IMG/VR virus record: IMGVR_UViG_2838114448_000001
Length of the DNA: 64,000 nucleotides
Reading direction: 5' to 3' (one strand)
DNA from: a virus
Positions within the stretch are counted from its first letter, which is position 1. Each line of letters begins with the position of its first letter. Made by a program: the position numbers and the translations under genes. Shown piece by piece: positions 19,480-28,345 of this stretch. Under the pieces are notes generated by a model that saw only the letters and a program-made list of their open reading frames with translations, was not told where the DNA came from and made no database searches.

Positions 19480-19888
19480 GCTCTGCACGTCTACCGTTCC
19501 GCCACGCCGACACTCCACGGTGAGATCTGTTTCACCACGAACCCGCGTCAGGGGCGCCACCCCAAGGATGTTTCGCGCGGCCCACGCCAGAATCCTGGAT
19601 GCCGAGCGTCGAGCGTCGTGATCCAGAGCGCCCGAGCGCCGGGAGCTGGTGCGACATTCTTCAAGGCGTCGTCGAGCCGCGCTCTCCAAGGGCGATGCCG
19701 GGAGCCGCCGTGGTTCGGCTCCATCCCCATCACGAAAAACAGCACCCTTCTAAGACTTCGCGCGCCTCAGAAGCGTTTCGATATCGTGTCGAACGTCGAT
19801 CGTTGCGCGTTGCGAACGTCACACTGACGTGTGGTCTTTGTGTCACATTATGTGTTGCATAAAAGACATAGCTCTAGATCGTCCAGGG

Positions 19889-19916
19889 AACGCCACACAT
19901 GTGCATGTGTGGCGTT
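19889..19916. repeat. 28-bp inverted repeat (13-bp arms, 2-bp spacer)
   Basis: AACGCCACACATG-TG-CATGTGTGGCGTT. Confidence 0.8.
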
Positions 19917-19998
19917 GGCTAGGGTTGGAGCGGAAACAGGAAAGACCGCACGCCAGCAACGCCACAATGCGGCCTAGCGTGCATGATCCAGATACGGC

Positions 19999-20030
19999 AA
20001 AGCCCGCGCTGCTAAGGCGCGGGCTTTCTT
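19999..20030. terminator. Probably bidirectional intrinsic terminator
   Basis: AAAGCCCGCGC-loop-GCGCGGGCTTTCTT. Confidence 0.7.
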
Positions 20031-20117
20031 GTATCGTTACGCTTCCATGTTCGTTCTATTGCCCATCCCTTCGTTTAGAAGGTGGGAAGGCCGGATATAC
20101 CGGCCCGCCCAAACTCC

Positions 20118-20783
20118 TTACTGTGCCACCAATTCCGCAATGTACGCGGTCAAGGGGTTTTTGTTTGCGCGGTACGCTTTGTTGCGCTGTTCGTCCACAA
20201 CGCGGACAATGCCGCATGTTTGAAGTGCTCGCATTACCGGGCTTCCCTGCCCCGCTCCCGTTCCCTCTGCTTCATTGTTTCGGCGAAACTTGACGCTCCA
20301 TTTTGCGTCAAGTGGGAGCTTGTCGGAAACGGACGCTTTCGCCATTGCATAAGTAAACGGCACCTTCTCTTGTTCAGTAACTTGAATGTTATGAAGAACA
20401 GCCCGCATATGCTTATTTACATCGGGGAAATTACCGTAGTAAAGCATACTGCCCAGATTAATAAGCTTGTCCATCGCATATACATTGTATAATGCGCCCT
20501 CTCTCTCTTTGCCCATAACAAAAGAAGGCGGAACATTTGCGGCAATACAGAATGCCGCAAAACACGGCTTTTTGCCGTTCTTATGATAACGGTCCAGGTT
20601 TTTCTGAATATTGGCGTTTGTCTTAGCTTTCTTTTTCTCGAACATTTTCCGCGCGTCAACAGACGCGGTAAAGTCAGAAAGCCAAGCCTCAATATCCGCT
20701 TGAGGAATAGACTTCATGATTTCCGGGAATGTGTTTTCCGGAGCATTGTTAGCGACGGTCGCTTTGATGTTCTTAGCAGCCAT
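20118..20783 (-). CDS. Winged-helix-like hypothetical protein, paralog of 25329-26093
   Basis: Shared YNVYA..KL..L and Q.S....AL...GIV segments; GGAG RBS; lower GC. Confidence 0.7.
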   Translation of the reverse strand: MAAKNIKATVANNAPENTFPEIMKSIPQADIEAWLSDFTASVDARKMFEKKKAKTNANIQKNLDRYHKNGKKPCFAAFCIAANVPPSFVMGKEREGALYNVYAMDKLINLGSMLYYGNFPDVNKHMRAVLHNIQVTEQEKVPFTYAMAKASVSDKLPLDAKWSVKFRRNNEAEGTGAGQGSPVMRALQTCGIVRVVDEQRNKAYRANKNPLTAYIAELVAQ

Positions 20784-20860
20784 GTTCGGGACTCCGCTTG
20801 TGTTTGTTTTTGTGTCGCCATTTCCTTGCGACAATTTGATAAGAGCACGTTTCTATATGG

Positions 20861-20878
20861 TACGTCAATCCTGATTTA
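20861..20878. promoter_or_regulatory. Operator (family A)
   Basis: TACGTCA-ATCC-TGATTTA. Confidence 0.7.
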
Positions 20879-21260
20879 TCATTTATATTCATGTTTAAAA
20901 ACAATGCGTTACGCGCCGTTGCCACAAACTTACAAACGCACCATGGGAAATTCATAGCAAAGTCGCGCGACTCGATTCGTCAGATTCGCCAATCGACCGA
21001 CAACCGGCCAAGGCACACATACATGTTTTGTTGCGTTGCTGTAATTGTCACGATACGACATTATGTCATTGTGCATTCGTTTCGTTGCGCTTCCTGACTC
21101 TTCCGCATACGCAATAACAAATATGCGAATGCTATTAAGATTCGTTCTTATATGAAACTATTAAGATATGTACATATCTACTTTATTGCAATGCCGCATT
21201 TATTGCGCTCTCGTGTCGTTACGTATACGCAATATCGCATATGCGACTGCGTCGCAAGTG

Positions 21261-21527
21261 CGATGGGCCGCCCATGGCCTCTCCATAGTCACCCCATGGC
21301 CGTTCCCATTCCCGTGACCTCATGACCGTTCCCTATGGGCCAGCCATGGTCGACCCTACGTATACCCGTACCCGTGATCCCATGGCCTTTCCCTTCCCCT
21401 TCGTCTGCCCGTGGCCGTTCCTCATAGGTGCGCCATGGGAACTCGGTCCATGGCGCACCCGTCCAGACCCATGCTGCCCACGGCGCCACCGAGGAGCAAC
21501 CGTGGATCGGCGACGGGGCCTCCATGG
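21261..21527. repeat. 11-bp-phased CCNNGG hexamer array
   Basis: Hexamers at 21261/272/283/294 and 21478/489/500/511/522. Confidence 0.7.
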
Positions 21528-21543
21528 GGACGCTGTGCGTGAA

Positions 21544-21571
21544 AGAAAGGGCGCATCGTCGCGCCCTTTCT
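21544..21571. terminator. Intrinsic terminator
   Basis: AGAAAGGGCGC-loop-GCGCCCTTTCT just after the 21576 stop. Confidence 0.7.
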
Positions 21572-21575
21572 CGCG

Positions 21576-21872
21576 CTATTGGGCGCGACGTGCTGCGCGC
21601 TCGCGCAACAGACGCTCACGCGCTGCGTTGCGTTCAGCAAGACGCCGCTGGGCGCGCTCGTACAGCGCGATGGGCATAACGTCGATACCCATCGCGCGCA
21701 GCATGGGCGCGAAGCGGGTCATAACAATGTTATCGTAACAGACGTGAATTTTCTCAAGACGGGACGCATCATCTTCGTTGTCGACGCATGTCGTGAGGGA
21801 CGAGCGGTCAAGCTCGATCATGTCCGCGAGGGCATCGACGATCTTTCCGTCGAGAACTGCGAGACGGGACAT
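21576..21872 (-). CDS. Hypothetical protein
   Basis: GGAG RBS; own terminator. Confidence 0.6.
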   Translation of the reverse strand: MSRLAVLDGKIVDALADMIELDRSSLTTCVDNEDDASRLEKIHVCYDNIVMTRFAPMLRAMGIDVMPIALYERAQRRLAERNAARERLLRERAARRAQ

Positions 21873-22077
21873 TTGCTTACTCCGTTGTTTGTTGCGTCGC
21901 TTATTTGCGACACTGTGATTGTTTCACACAGACAACGGGTACTCTCGCGGGCTCTTTGCGGGTTATTTTCGGGTGTGGAGCTGGGCGGCCTGGTCTCGGA
22001 ACGTCCGTGGCCTGGTCTCGGACGTCCCAAGGACGGAGTGTGGCTGGGACGAGGGAGAGCCATGCTCTCCCCTGCCC

Positions 22078-22161
22078 TCACGCTGTGAGCACGACGAACG
22101 CGGCCCAAAAGAGTACGAGCCATCCGACTGCAATAATCGCTTCCGCAATGATCGTCTTCAT
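22078..22161 (-). CDS. 27-aa hydrophobic peptide
   Basis: MKTIIAEAIIAVGWLVLFWAAFVVLTA; AGGA RBS; operator at 22170; hairpin after the stop. Confidence 0.55.
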   Translation of the reverse strand: MKTIIAEAIIAVGWLVLFWAAFVVLTA

Positions 22162-22169
22162 ATCTTTCC

Positions 22170-22187
22170 TAAATCAGGTTTGATTTA
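22170..22187. promoter_or_regulatory. Operator (family A)
   Basis: TAAATCA-GGTT-TGATTTA, perfect arms. Confidence 0.75.
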
Positions 22188-22335
22188 CCGTCGGGCGCAC
22201 ACGACTGCACGCTCGTCCTTGTTTCCGGTCGAAGCGTTCGCTTTACTTTCTTTATTGCGCTCTTTATTGCGAACGAGTATATAATATGACGTAACTACTA
22301 GGAATATAACTGGGTTCTTCGCGGTTTCCTTGTGG

Positions 22336-22492
22336 GTGTGGGCCGGCCATGTTTAATCTCGGGACTCCCGTGGCCGCGCGCCCTTGGCATCCCCGTGGCC
22401 GTTCCCCGCGGATCGTCCATGGTCATCGCACGGGCCGATCTCGGACGACCCATGGCCGTGGCTCTTAGTGCCCCCTTAGCCGTTCCCTATAG
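22336..22492. repeat. 11-bp-phased CCNNGG hexamer array
   Basis: Hexamers at 22382/393 and 22406/417/428/439/450. Confidence 0.65.
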
Positions 22493-22525
22493 CCTGGAGC
22501 GCGCCGTTCCCGGATTTCCCGAGCC

Positions 22526-22560
22526 AAAAAGAAACCCGACTGGATGAACCAACCGGGTTT
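22526..22560 (-). terminator. Intrinsic terminator
   Basis: On the - strand AAACCCGGTTGG-loop-CCAGTCGGGTTTCTTTTT. Confidence 0.7.
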
Positions 22561-22632
22561 GAGTTTGCGGAGCAACAAAGTCTGTCCATGTCGGCGCCGG
22601 AGCGGGGCTCGACGCCGCCTCCTCTCAGAACC

Positions 22633-22851
22633 CTAGACCTTACGCAGCGTCACCTCCCCCATCGTGGTCTTGATCACCAGCTCGTTTGGCGCGCTCATGG
22701 CGACGATCGCCGTCAGCTCGAACGAGCCATCGCCCTCCTCCGGCGGATCCAGCATGACGTCGCCATCCAGATCGAACGTCTTGCTCAACCCCGCCGTCTG
22801 AAGGGTCTGCACGACGGCGCCCAGCACCGCCTGCACTTCACGCTCCGTCAT
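22633..22851 (-). CDS. Hypothetical protein
   Basis: GAGGAG RBS; start at MTEREV. Confidence 0.6.
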   Translation of the reverse strand: MTEREVQAVLGAVVQTLQTAGLSKTFDLDGDVMLDPPEEGDGSFELTAIVAMSAPNELVIKTTMGEVTLRKV

Positions 22852-23219
22852 CGCTTTCTCCTCGTCTGTATCAGCGCGTATCAACGCGCTCTCGATGACT
22901 GTGTTGTAGCGCAGCAGCAGCGGGATGTCGGTTAGGTTCGCTCCGGGTTCTGACGCTGCGAAAGAACGTCACTGAGCGCGCTCCAGTACGCTGTGCTGTG
23001 CTGATACGCGCGCGACACTGGAATGCGCTCACGCACGCGCGCTGTGACGATTTCGCGCGTTCCCGATGTCGCTCTTTCGAGTTTTCGCTTTTTTGCGTTT
23101 TCGCGAACGCGCGAGGTCGCGAACACATGGGCCGGCCTGGCGCCGTGGACCGGCCTAAAACTCACGGACCGGCCGAGAACGTCCGGACTTAGGAGGACCC
23201 ATGGCTGGCCGCGCGACGC

Positions 23220-23253
23220 GAAACCCCTCGCTGAAGAGCGAAGGGGCTCGCGT
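23220..23253. repeat. 34-bp terminator-like direct repeat, copy 1 (copy 2 at 23985-24018)
   Basis: GAAACCCCTCGCTGAAGAGCGAAGGGGCTCGCGT identical at both sites. Confidence 0.85.
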
Positions 23254-23256
23254 GGG

Positions 23257-23840
23257 TTACGCTGCGTGGACGACGAACAGAGCTTCAATCGCGCTCGGGA
23301 GCGGGTTGTCGTAGGCGCTCATCAGCGACTTAATATCGTCACGGGTGAAACCGTGCGCATCCCGCAAGAACGTGACGAAGGCGACGAAGTGAACGAAACA
23401 CTCCGGGACCATTTCGGACGTGTCGTAGGCGCGCTCATCCGTCTCGAAGTTAAAGAACACAAGAGCCGCAGCGAAGTGCGTCGCGTCACAACACTGAATA
23501 TTCCAGGGCGACCCCGTAAAGCTGAACGCGCTGTCCGCATCCGTTTCGATCTTGAAGGAGTTCTCGAAATTGAGGGACTGCGTGATTTCGTCTTTGACGA
23601 TGGTGAAGAGTTGGGCGGCAGTCTGAAACACTTGGAAAAATACAGGCCAGTGTTCTGCCTCATAAGTAAAAGTGTCGTTGAATTTCTGGGCGAAACGACA
23701 AAGGGCGATGTTCCCATAGTAGCATCGCAGCACACCCATAGACGTCTCATCGGGCGTGGCAAACGGTCCCTTGAAGTCGTTTCAAGCTCAGCGAACTGCG
23801 CGGGCGTGAGCACAATACGGGCAAAGTCTTTCTCGTTCAT
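23257..23840 (-). pseudogene. Hypothetical gene with a probable 1-nt frameshift near 23781
   Basis: RBS/promoter precede MNEKDF at 23840; adding one A at GAAAC joins it to ORF 23257-23739. Confidence 0.5.
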
Positions 23841-24021
23841 GGTCGTCTCGCTTTGTTGCTCATCAGCGTTGTTGCTGACGTCACAATGTAGTGCGCAGCG
23901 TGTGGAATTGCGGCTGGAGCTTCGACGGATACGACACTCCCCAATCCCGGTCATGGCTCTTCCGTGGAGAACTCCACGCGCACGGAAACCCCTCGCTGAA
24001 GAGCGAAGGGGCTCGCGTTGA

Positions 24022-24333
24022 TCAGGTGGACAACGTTTGGACAGCCACGATCTCGAAGTGATTGGGCCAGTCGATTTCCGCCGCGCGCTCGCGGGCCTCA
24101 TCCTGGTCGTTGGCCTCAAGGGTATCGTTGAACGGAACGCCCTCCTCGTCCACACACGAGACATGGAACAGATGGCGGCGCCGGCCCTCGATGACGCTCT
24201 GGGCTTTGAAGAACGTTGCGGCCAGGTCCGGCCACTCGCTCTGGAACTCTCGCAGGTCATTCGGGGCCGGATAGGCCGCGTTCACATCACTCACGAACTC
24301 GCGCAGCAGCGTGATGGAGTCAAACTCGTTCAT
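24022..24333 (-). CDS. Hypothetical protein
   Basis: GAGGAGG RBS. Confidence 0.65.
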   Translation of the reverse strand: MNEFDSITLLREFVSDVNAAYPAPNDLREFQSEWPDLAATFFKAQSVIEGRRRHLFHVSCVDEEGVPFNDTLEANDQDEARERAAEIDWPNHFEIVAVQTLST

Positions 24334-24436
24334 CTCGATCCTCCTCGACTCAAAGACGCAGCACGCCGGGCGATCCGCTCGATCAACGTGTTATCCACGT
24401 AGTGCCCGATCACGTCGCCCGGCGGTTGAAGTCCCG

Positions 24437-24631
24437 TTACGCAACGTCGATGGCGATGTAAGCTTTGGGCGGAGGATCACACCGCACACACTCCAAAACG
24501 CCGGCGGTCATGGGAGAGTCCATAATACTCGCGTACTTGGTGGCAGCGTCGATTCGATCGCCCGCTTCGACGTTGACCTCGCCTAACTTCGTGTCACGAT
24601 TCGAATAAACGCCAAATGTGTAAACGCTCAT
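24437..24631 (-). CDS. Hypothetical protein
   Basis: GGAG RBS; start at MSVYTF. Confidence 0.5.
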   Translation of the reverse strand: MSVYTFGVYSNRDTKLGEVNVEAGDRIDAATKYASIMDSPMTAGVLECVRCDPPPKAYIAIDVA

Positions 24632-24726
24632 CTTCTTGCTCCGTGCTGTTGTTATCGACAATCACAACGTAGCAAGCGCCTGTTGGGGACGCGGCTGGGG
24701 ACTTCGCGGAATAGCGAAAGCCCGAT

Positions 24727-24838
24727 GTCGCTAAAAATCGCGCACAGAGCGTCACTGAGTGCGTTCGTTCGCTGTGCGCTGTCTGCACACACAAACGACA
24801 ATGGAGCGCGCTCAGCGACGCTCTGTGCGATTTTCGAC
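24727..24838. repeat. Long imperfect inverted repeat (hairpin element D)
   Basis: Arms 24741-24766 and 24804-24829 match at 23/26; related copies at ~22961 and ~33246. Confidence 0.75.
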
Positions 24839-25027
24839 GTGTTTTATGCTGGGGTGCGCGCGTCTGTCGCTGCGTCGCGCAGTGTGGGCTGAAAGACCCT
24901 AAGACTCTTCAGGGGCTCTTTCCCTTTTCCGTCGAGAGTCCCGCGATCACGCCCTTGGGTGTTCCACGGCCAGTCCGTGGGGATGCTCATGTGCGAAGAA
25001 AGGGAGCTGGGCGCTCCCTCCTCCGTC

Positions 25028-25279
25028 CTACTGTGCGAGCTGCTCGATCTTGGTCTTCGTGCAGCCACTGCCTTTCGTGACCAGCTCCCGAGCTGTGCAT
25101 TCCCGGCCGTTGGGCATCAGCCACATCCAGACGAAACCCTTGTCCGGGGCGAGCAAGGGTCGGGAATAACTCGTGACGTGCGGGCGATACGAACCGCCGC
25201 GAGACGTCGCGTGAACGTTCATGAGCGGCGCGAGGGCCAGACTCAAAGCGAGTCCGGCGAGAACAATGAAGCGCAACAT
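25028..25279 (-). CDS. Small exported protein
   Basis: Signal-peptide-like N-terminus. Confidence 0.55.
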   Translation of the reverse strand: MLRFIVLAGLALSLALAPLMNVHATSRGGSYRPHVTSYSRPLLAPDKGFVWMWLMPNGRECTARELVTKGSGCTKTKIEQLAQ

Positions 25280-25294
25280 GGGGCGTTCCCTCGG

Positions 25295-25321
25295 AAAAGA
25301 GGGAGAGCCGAAGCTCTCCCT
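25295..25321 (-). terminator. Intrinsic terminator
   Basis: AGGGAGAGC-TTCG-GCTCTCCCTCTTTT. Confidence 0.8.
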
Positions 25322-25328
25322 GCGTCAA

Positions 25329-26093
25329 TTACACGGCGGACAGAGCGCCCCAGGTGGCGCGCAGGGCGCGCGTCAGGGCATTGTCCAGCAGCTTGATCGT
25401 GGGGTTGCGCCCACCGTCCTTGACGACGATGCCCAACGTCTCCAGCGCCTGTACTGTAGACGACGCTTGCGTGGGCGCTGTGCTGGGAGACATCGTGTGC
25501 CGGACGAGATGCGAGCGCGCCCGTGACGCAACGTCGCTCTGATCGGGCTTGGGCGTGTAGTTTTGAGAGACGCACATCTTGGCGGTCTCCATGTCGAAGC
25601 TGAGCCCGGCGCTCTCGATCTTGAACAGCGACGCGAGAATGGCGCGATTGACCGCGTTCTTCGTCTCGTCACCCACCAAGCCCGCGACGAGATCGCCCAA
25701 CTTACCGATCGCATAGACGTTGTACGCCGCACCCTCGCGAAGCTGACGGTTCATAAAGTCGGGTGAACGCTGCGCGGCGACGAACAGACGTCCCGTCGCG
25801 CGTCGCCCCACCTGCTTGCGCAGCTTCTTGATCGTGCTTTGGATGGACGTGTTGTCCGGATTCTTCTTGGCTTCACGATCCGCGCGCTCATCGAGCGCGT
25901 CGGCGATCGCGTGGTTCATGACGTCGGCGTCGCTGTCCGGAACCTGCATCATCAACTGCTGCAACGTCATGGGCTGTTCGGGCTCGATGGACATGATGGG
26001 CGTGTCGTCAATAGCAATGGCGTCGATCTCCGCATCCGTGATTATCTCCTCCACGGTCGGAGCCGCAGTATTCTTAGTCTTACGAGCAGCCAT
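25329..26093 (-). CDS. Winged-helix-like hypothetical protein, paralog of 20118-20783
   Basis: YNVYAIGKL...TAPTQASSTVQALETLGIV; AGGAG RBS. Confidence 0.75.
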   Translation of the reverse strand: MAARKTKNTAAPTVEEIITDAEIDAIAIDDTPIMSIEPEQPMTLQQLMMQVPDSDADVMNHAIADALDERADREAKKNPDNTSIQSTIKKLRKQVGRRATGRLFVAAQRSPDFMNRQLREGAAYNVYAIGKLGDLVAGLVGDETKNAVNRAILASLFKIESAGLSFDMETAKMCVSQNYTPKPDQSDVASRARSHLVRHTMSPSTAPTQASSTVQALETLGIVVKDGGRNPTIKLLDNALTRALRATWGALSAV

Positions 26094-26363
26094 GATGTAC
26101 TCCTATGATTTAATTGTCGCGCCGAACGTCGTTGCGTTCGACAGTTATATTTATCTCATGCTAATACTGGGGGCGCGGCTGGGTTGTGCGTGGGGATTTT
26201 GAGCGCCTGGTACTTGAACGCAAAGAAATGAACGCGCGTGCGCGTATCGAAAATAACTTGGAAAGCCAAGTGGGAACGCTGCGGGATCTTTGTGGACGTG
26301 AGCATCATGGCGTTGGAACCCCACACCTCCCATGGGCTTTCGCGGGGCTCATGCAGACTCTGC

Positions 26364-26539
26364 CCATGGTGCGCCTGTAGGAGTCCCATGGGCCGGGCGT
26401 GTATGGGATCACCACGGGCCGATCATGGGTGTGCGGTTCATGGAGCGGCCTAGGAGTGTCCATGGCCGGGCTCTCCACGGGTCGGCCGCGGGGTACGCAC
26501 GGGATGACCATGGGCGGGGTTCCCACGGGTGTTCCGTGG
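26364..26539. repeat. 11/11/15-bp-phased CCNNGG array
   Basis: 15 hexamers with spacings of only 11 or 15 bp. Confidence 0.8.
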
Positions 26540-26576
26540 GGACGGTCTTTGGGCGCGGTTCGCCGTCACCCTTTCC

Positions 26577-26661
26577 CTAAGCCGGCTCCTTGCCGTTCCC
26601 AAAATGGCAGATGGACGCGGCGAACCGTCGTGGTACGTCTAAGCCGGCTCCTTGCCGTTCC
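26577..26661. repeat. 23-bp direct repeat x2
   Basis: CTAAGCCGGCTCCTTGCCGTTCC at 26577 and 26639. Confidence 0.85.
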
Positions 26662-26708
26662 TGAAATTTCCGGCGTGTTTCTTTAAGGTGCGCCCACCAA
26701 CCACTAAT

Positions 26709-26784
26709 TCGCCCTCTCGCGCTTTCGCTAAATAGCCCTTTCCGGAAACCGCCCATTCGTTCTTTCGCTCTTAGGCGATCTCGC
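26709..26784. repeat. 8-bp-period TCGC-box array
   Basis: Ten TCGC-like boxes at 26709+8n. Confidence 0.65.
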
Positions 26785-26873
26785 TCCGCACTGACGCTGC
26801 CCCTCTCCGGACGGACGCCCCCTCCCCCACTCCCACTCTCTACGTCCTCTGTTCCCGTGGGTATCGTCCGGAC

Positions 26874-27125
26874 AAAAAAAGAGACCCGGCTCTCTTATGA
26901 GAAACCGGGCCTTGAGTTGGCGCCTGGAAGCCAGGCGCTGCGGAGTAGCAAATGACTGCTACGAGGCGGATGGTCTCGCGCCAGTGGCTAGCGGTCAAGG
27001 ACCGGATCCGCCTCGTAACCTAGCAAAACTGCGGAGATCAGCCGCTAGCGCGTGTGCCGTTCTGAGTGCGCGCCGCCCCTGAAGGAGACCCGAAAACAAC
27101 GTCGCGAGTGACGCTCTGTCTTGCT
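26874..27125 (-). ncRNA. Candidate structured non-coding RNA (~250 nt)
   Basis: GCGCTATAAC -10 box at ~27132-27141, terminator at 26874-26912, no ATG on the - strand, several stems. Confidence 0.55.
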
Positions 27126-27477
27126 GATTCTGTTATAGCGCGATGCTGTCGGGCTTGCGATCGGGATCGTGCTTTCGCTCTTAGGCTAATTCGCTGGATC
27201 GCTCTTAAGCCGGGTCGCTGGATCGCTCTTGAACGAAGGTGCTAGATCGTTTCTGGATGACCGGCCGAAGATGATCTTGTGCTTGGATGATCGTCGCGGC
27301 CTGATTTTGATGGACTGTCTCGGTTCGGAATGATCGATGGCCTGCGTTGTCTGGACCGGAACGCTTTGACCTGTGATAGGCGGACTCTTGTGATTTAGAT
27401 TTTAATTTTTAGGAAAGTTATCTGTTGGTGGTTTTTAACTGAGACTAAAAGAACATTTCATGAACACTTAAAGGTCT

Positions 27478-27888
27478 TCACCATGTGCCCCAGGCTGGCT
27501 CATGCTCGTAGGGATCTTTTTTGGGCGTGTTGATGAAGCCGATCTCCCGGAGAACCTCTGTGCGGATCACCTTGTTCAACCACGTCTTGAGCATGGTGTC
27601 TGTCTGTAGGCTCTCCGGCTTCCAGTCTGCTTGCCGGGTCCCCGCGTCCAAAATCTCCTCATTGATTAGCTCGCGGATGGCACGAGCCCGGATCGTGGGG
27701 AAGGCCATATCCTTACCTATGTATCCTTTGAACACGCTCGGGCTAACGCCTTCGGTCTCGAACTGAATTTGGAAGATCACGCGGTTCAGAGACACGGAGG
27801 TTTTGAGCTTGGTGACCGTGTGGTCCGGGAAGTCCGCGAACGTCTTTTTGATTTGCCGGAGGAGGGAGCTTGCCGTGCAGTTGATCAT
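27478..27888 (-). CDS. WGxW-tailed paralog 4
   Basis: TWLNKVIR; ends PAWGTW. Confidence 0.75.
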   Translation of the reverse strand: MINCTASSLLRQIKKTFADFPDHTVTKLKTSVSLNRVIFQIQFETEGVSPSVFKGYIGKDMAFPTIRARAIRELINEEILDAGTRQADWKPESLQTDTMLKTWLNKVIRTEVLREIGFINTPKKDPYEHEPAWGTW

Positions 27889-27894
27889 GGGTTC

Positions 27895-28335
27895 CTACCA
27901 CAGACCCCAGGCTGGATGCGCCGCGGTGAGATCCGATTCAGGCGCGGCGTCGGCGATCTCTGTGTCGATCTCGATACCAAGACCTCGAAGAATATCCGGC
28001 CGGATCACCTTGTTGATCCACGTCATGAGTACCTGTTCGACCTCTGGGCCGATCCACTGCGCCATCTTGTGATCTTCTGGTAGTAAACGGGCGTTGACTA
28101 GTTCGTCCGCGGCTTTCGTTAAAAGTTCCGACCAGTTGACGCATGCACCTACGCGAGCGCCGATACAATTAAAAGCGTCGCCGTCTTTGAAGCCGATGCC
28201 TATCCGAATGTAGTCGTCATATTGGTTCTCACGGGTCACGATGTTTGTGACTGTGGCGTTTGGATTCTTGGCGAGTTTCACGCGGATTTTCTCGATCAAC
28301 TTGCGTGTGGACAAGACCTCTGCGTAACTCGTCAT
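27895..28335 (-). CDS. WGxW-tailed paralog 3
   Basis: TWINKVIR; ends PAWGLW. Confidence 0.75.
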   Translation of the reverse strand: MTSYAEVLSTRKLIEKIRVKLAKNPNATVTNIVTRENQYDDYIRIGIGFKDGDAFNCIGARVGACVNWSELLTKAADELVNARLLPEDHKMAQWIGPEVEQVLMTWINKVIRPDILRGLGIEIDTEIADAAPESDLTAAHPAWGLW

Positions 28336-28345
28336 TAACCGTTTC

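Noticed and set aside
21164..21179. 16-bp palindrome as a telRL site
   Set aside because: Too short, and no protelomerase in the window
22588..22630. tRNA-like 3' half on the - strand (GTCGAGCCCCGC...CGCC)
   Set aside because: No canonical TTC T-loop, and no D or anticodon arms; the upstream sequence is coding
21261..26539. CCATGG-rich tracts as a CRISPR array
   Set aside because: No conserved 23-47 bp repeat with spacers and no cas genes
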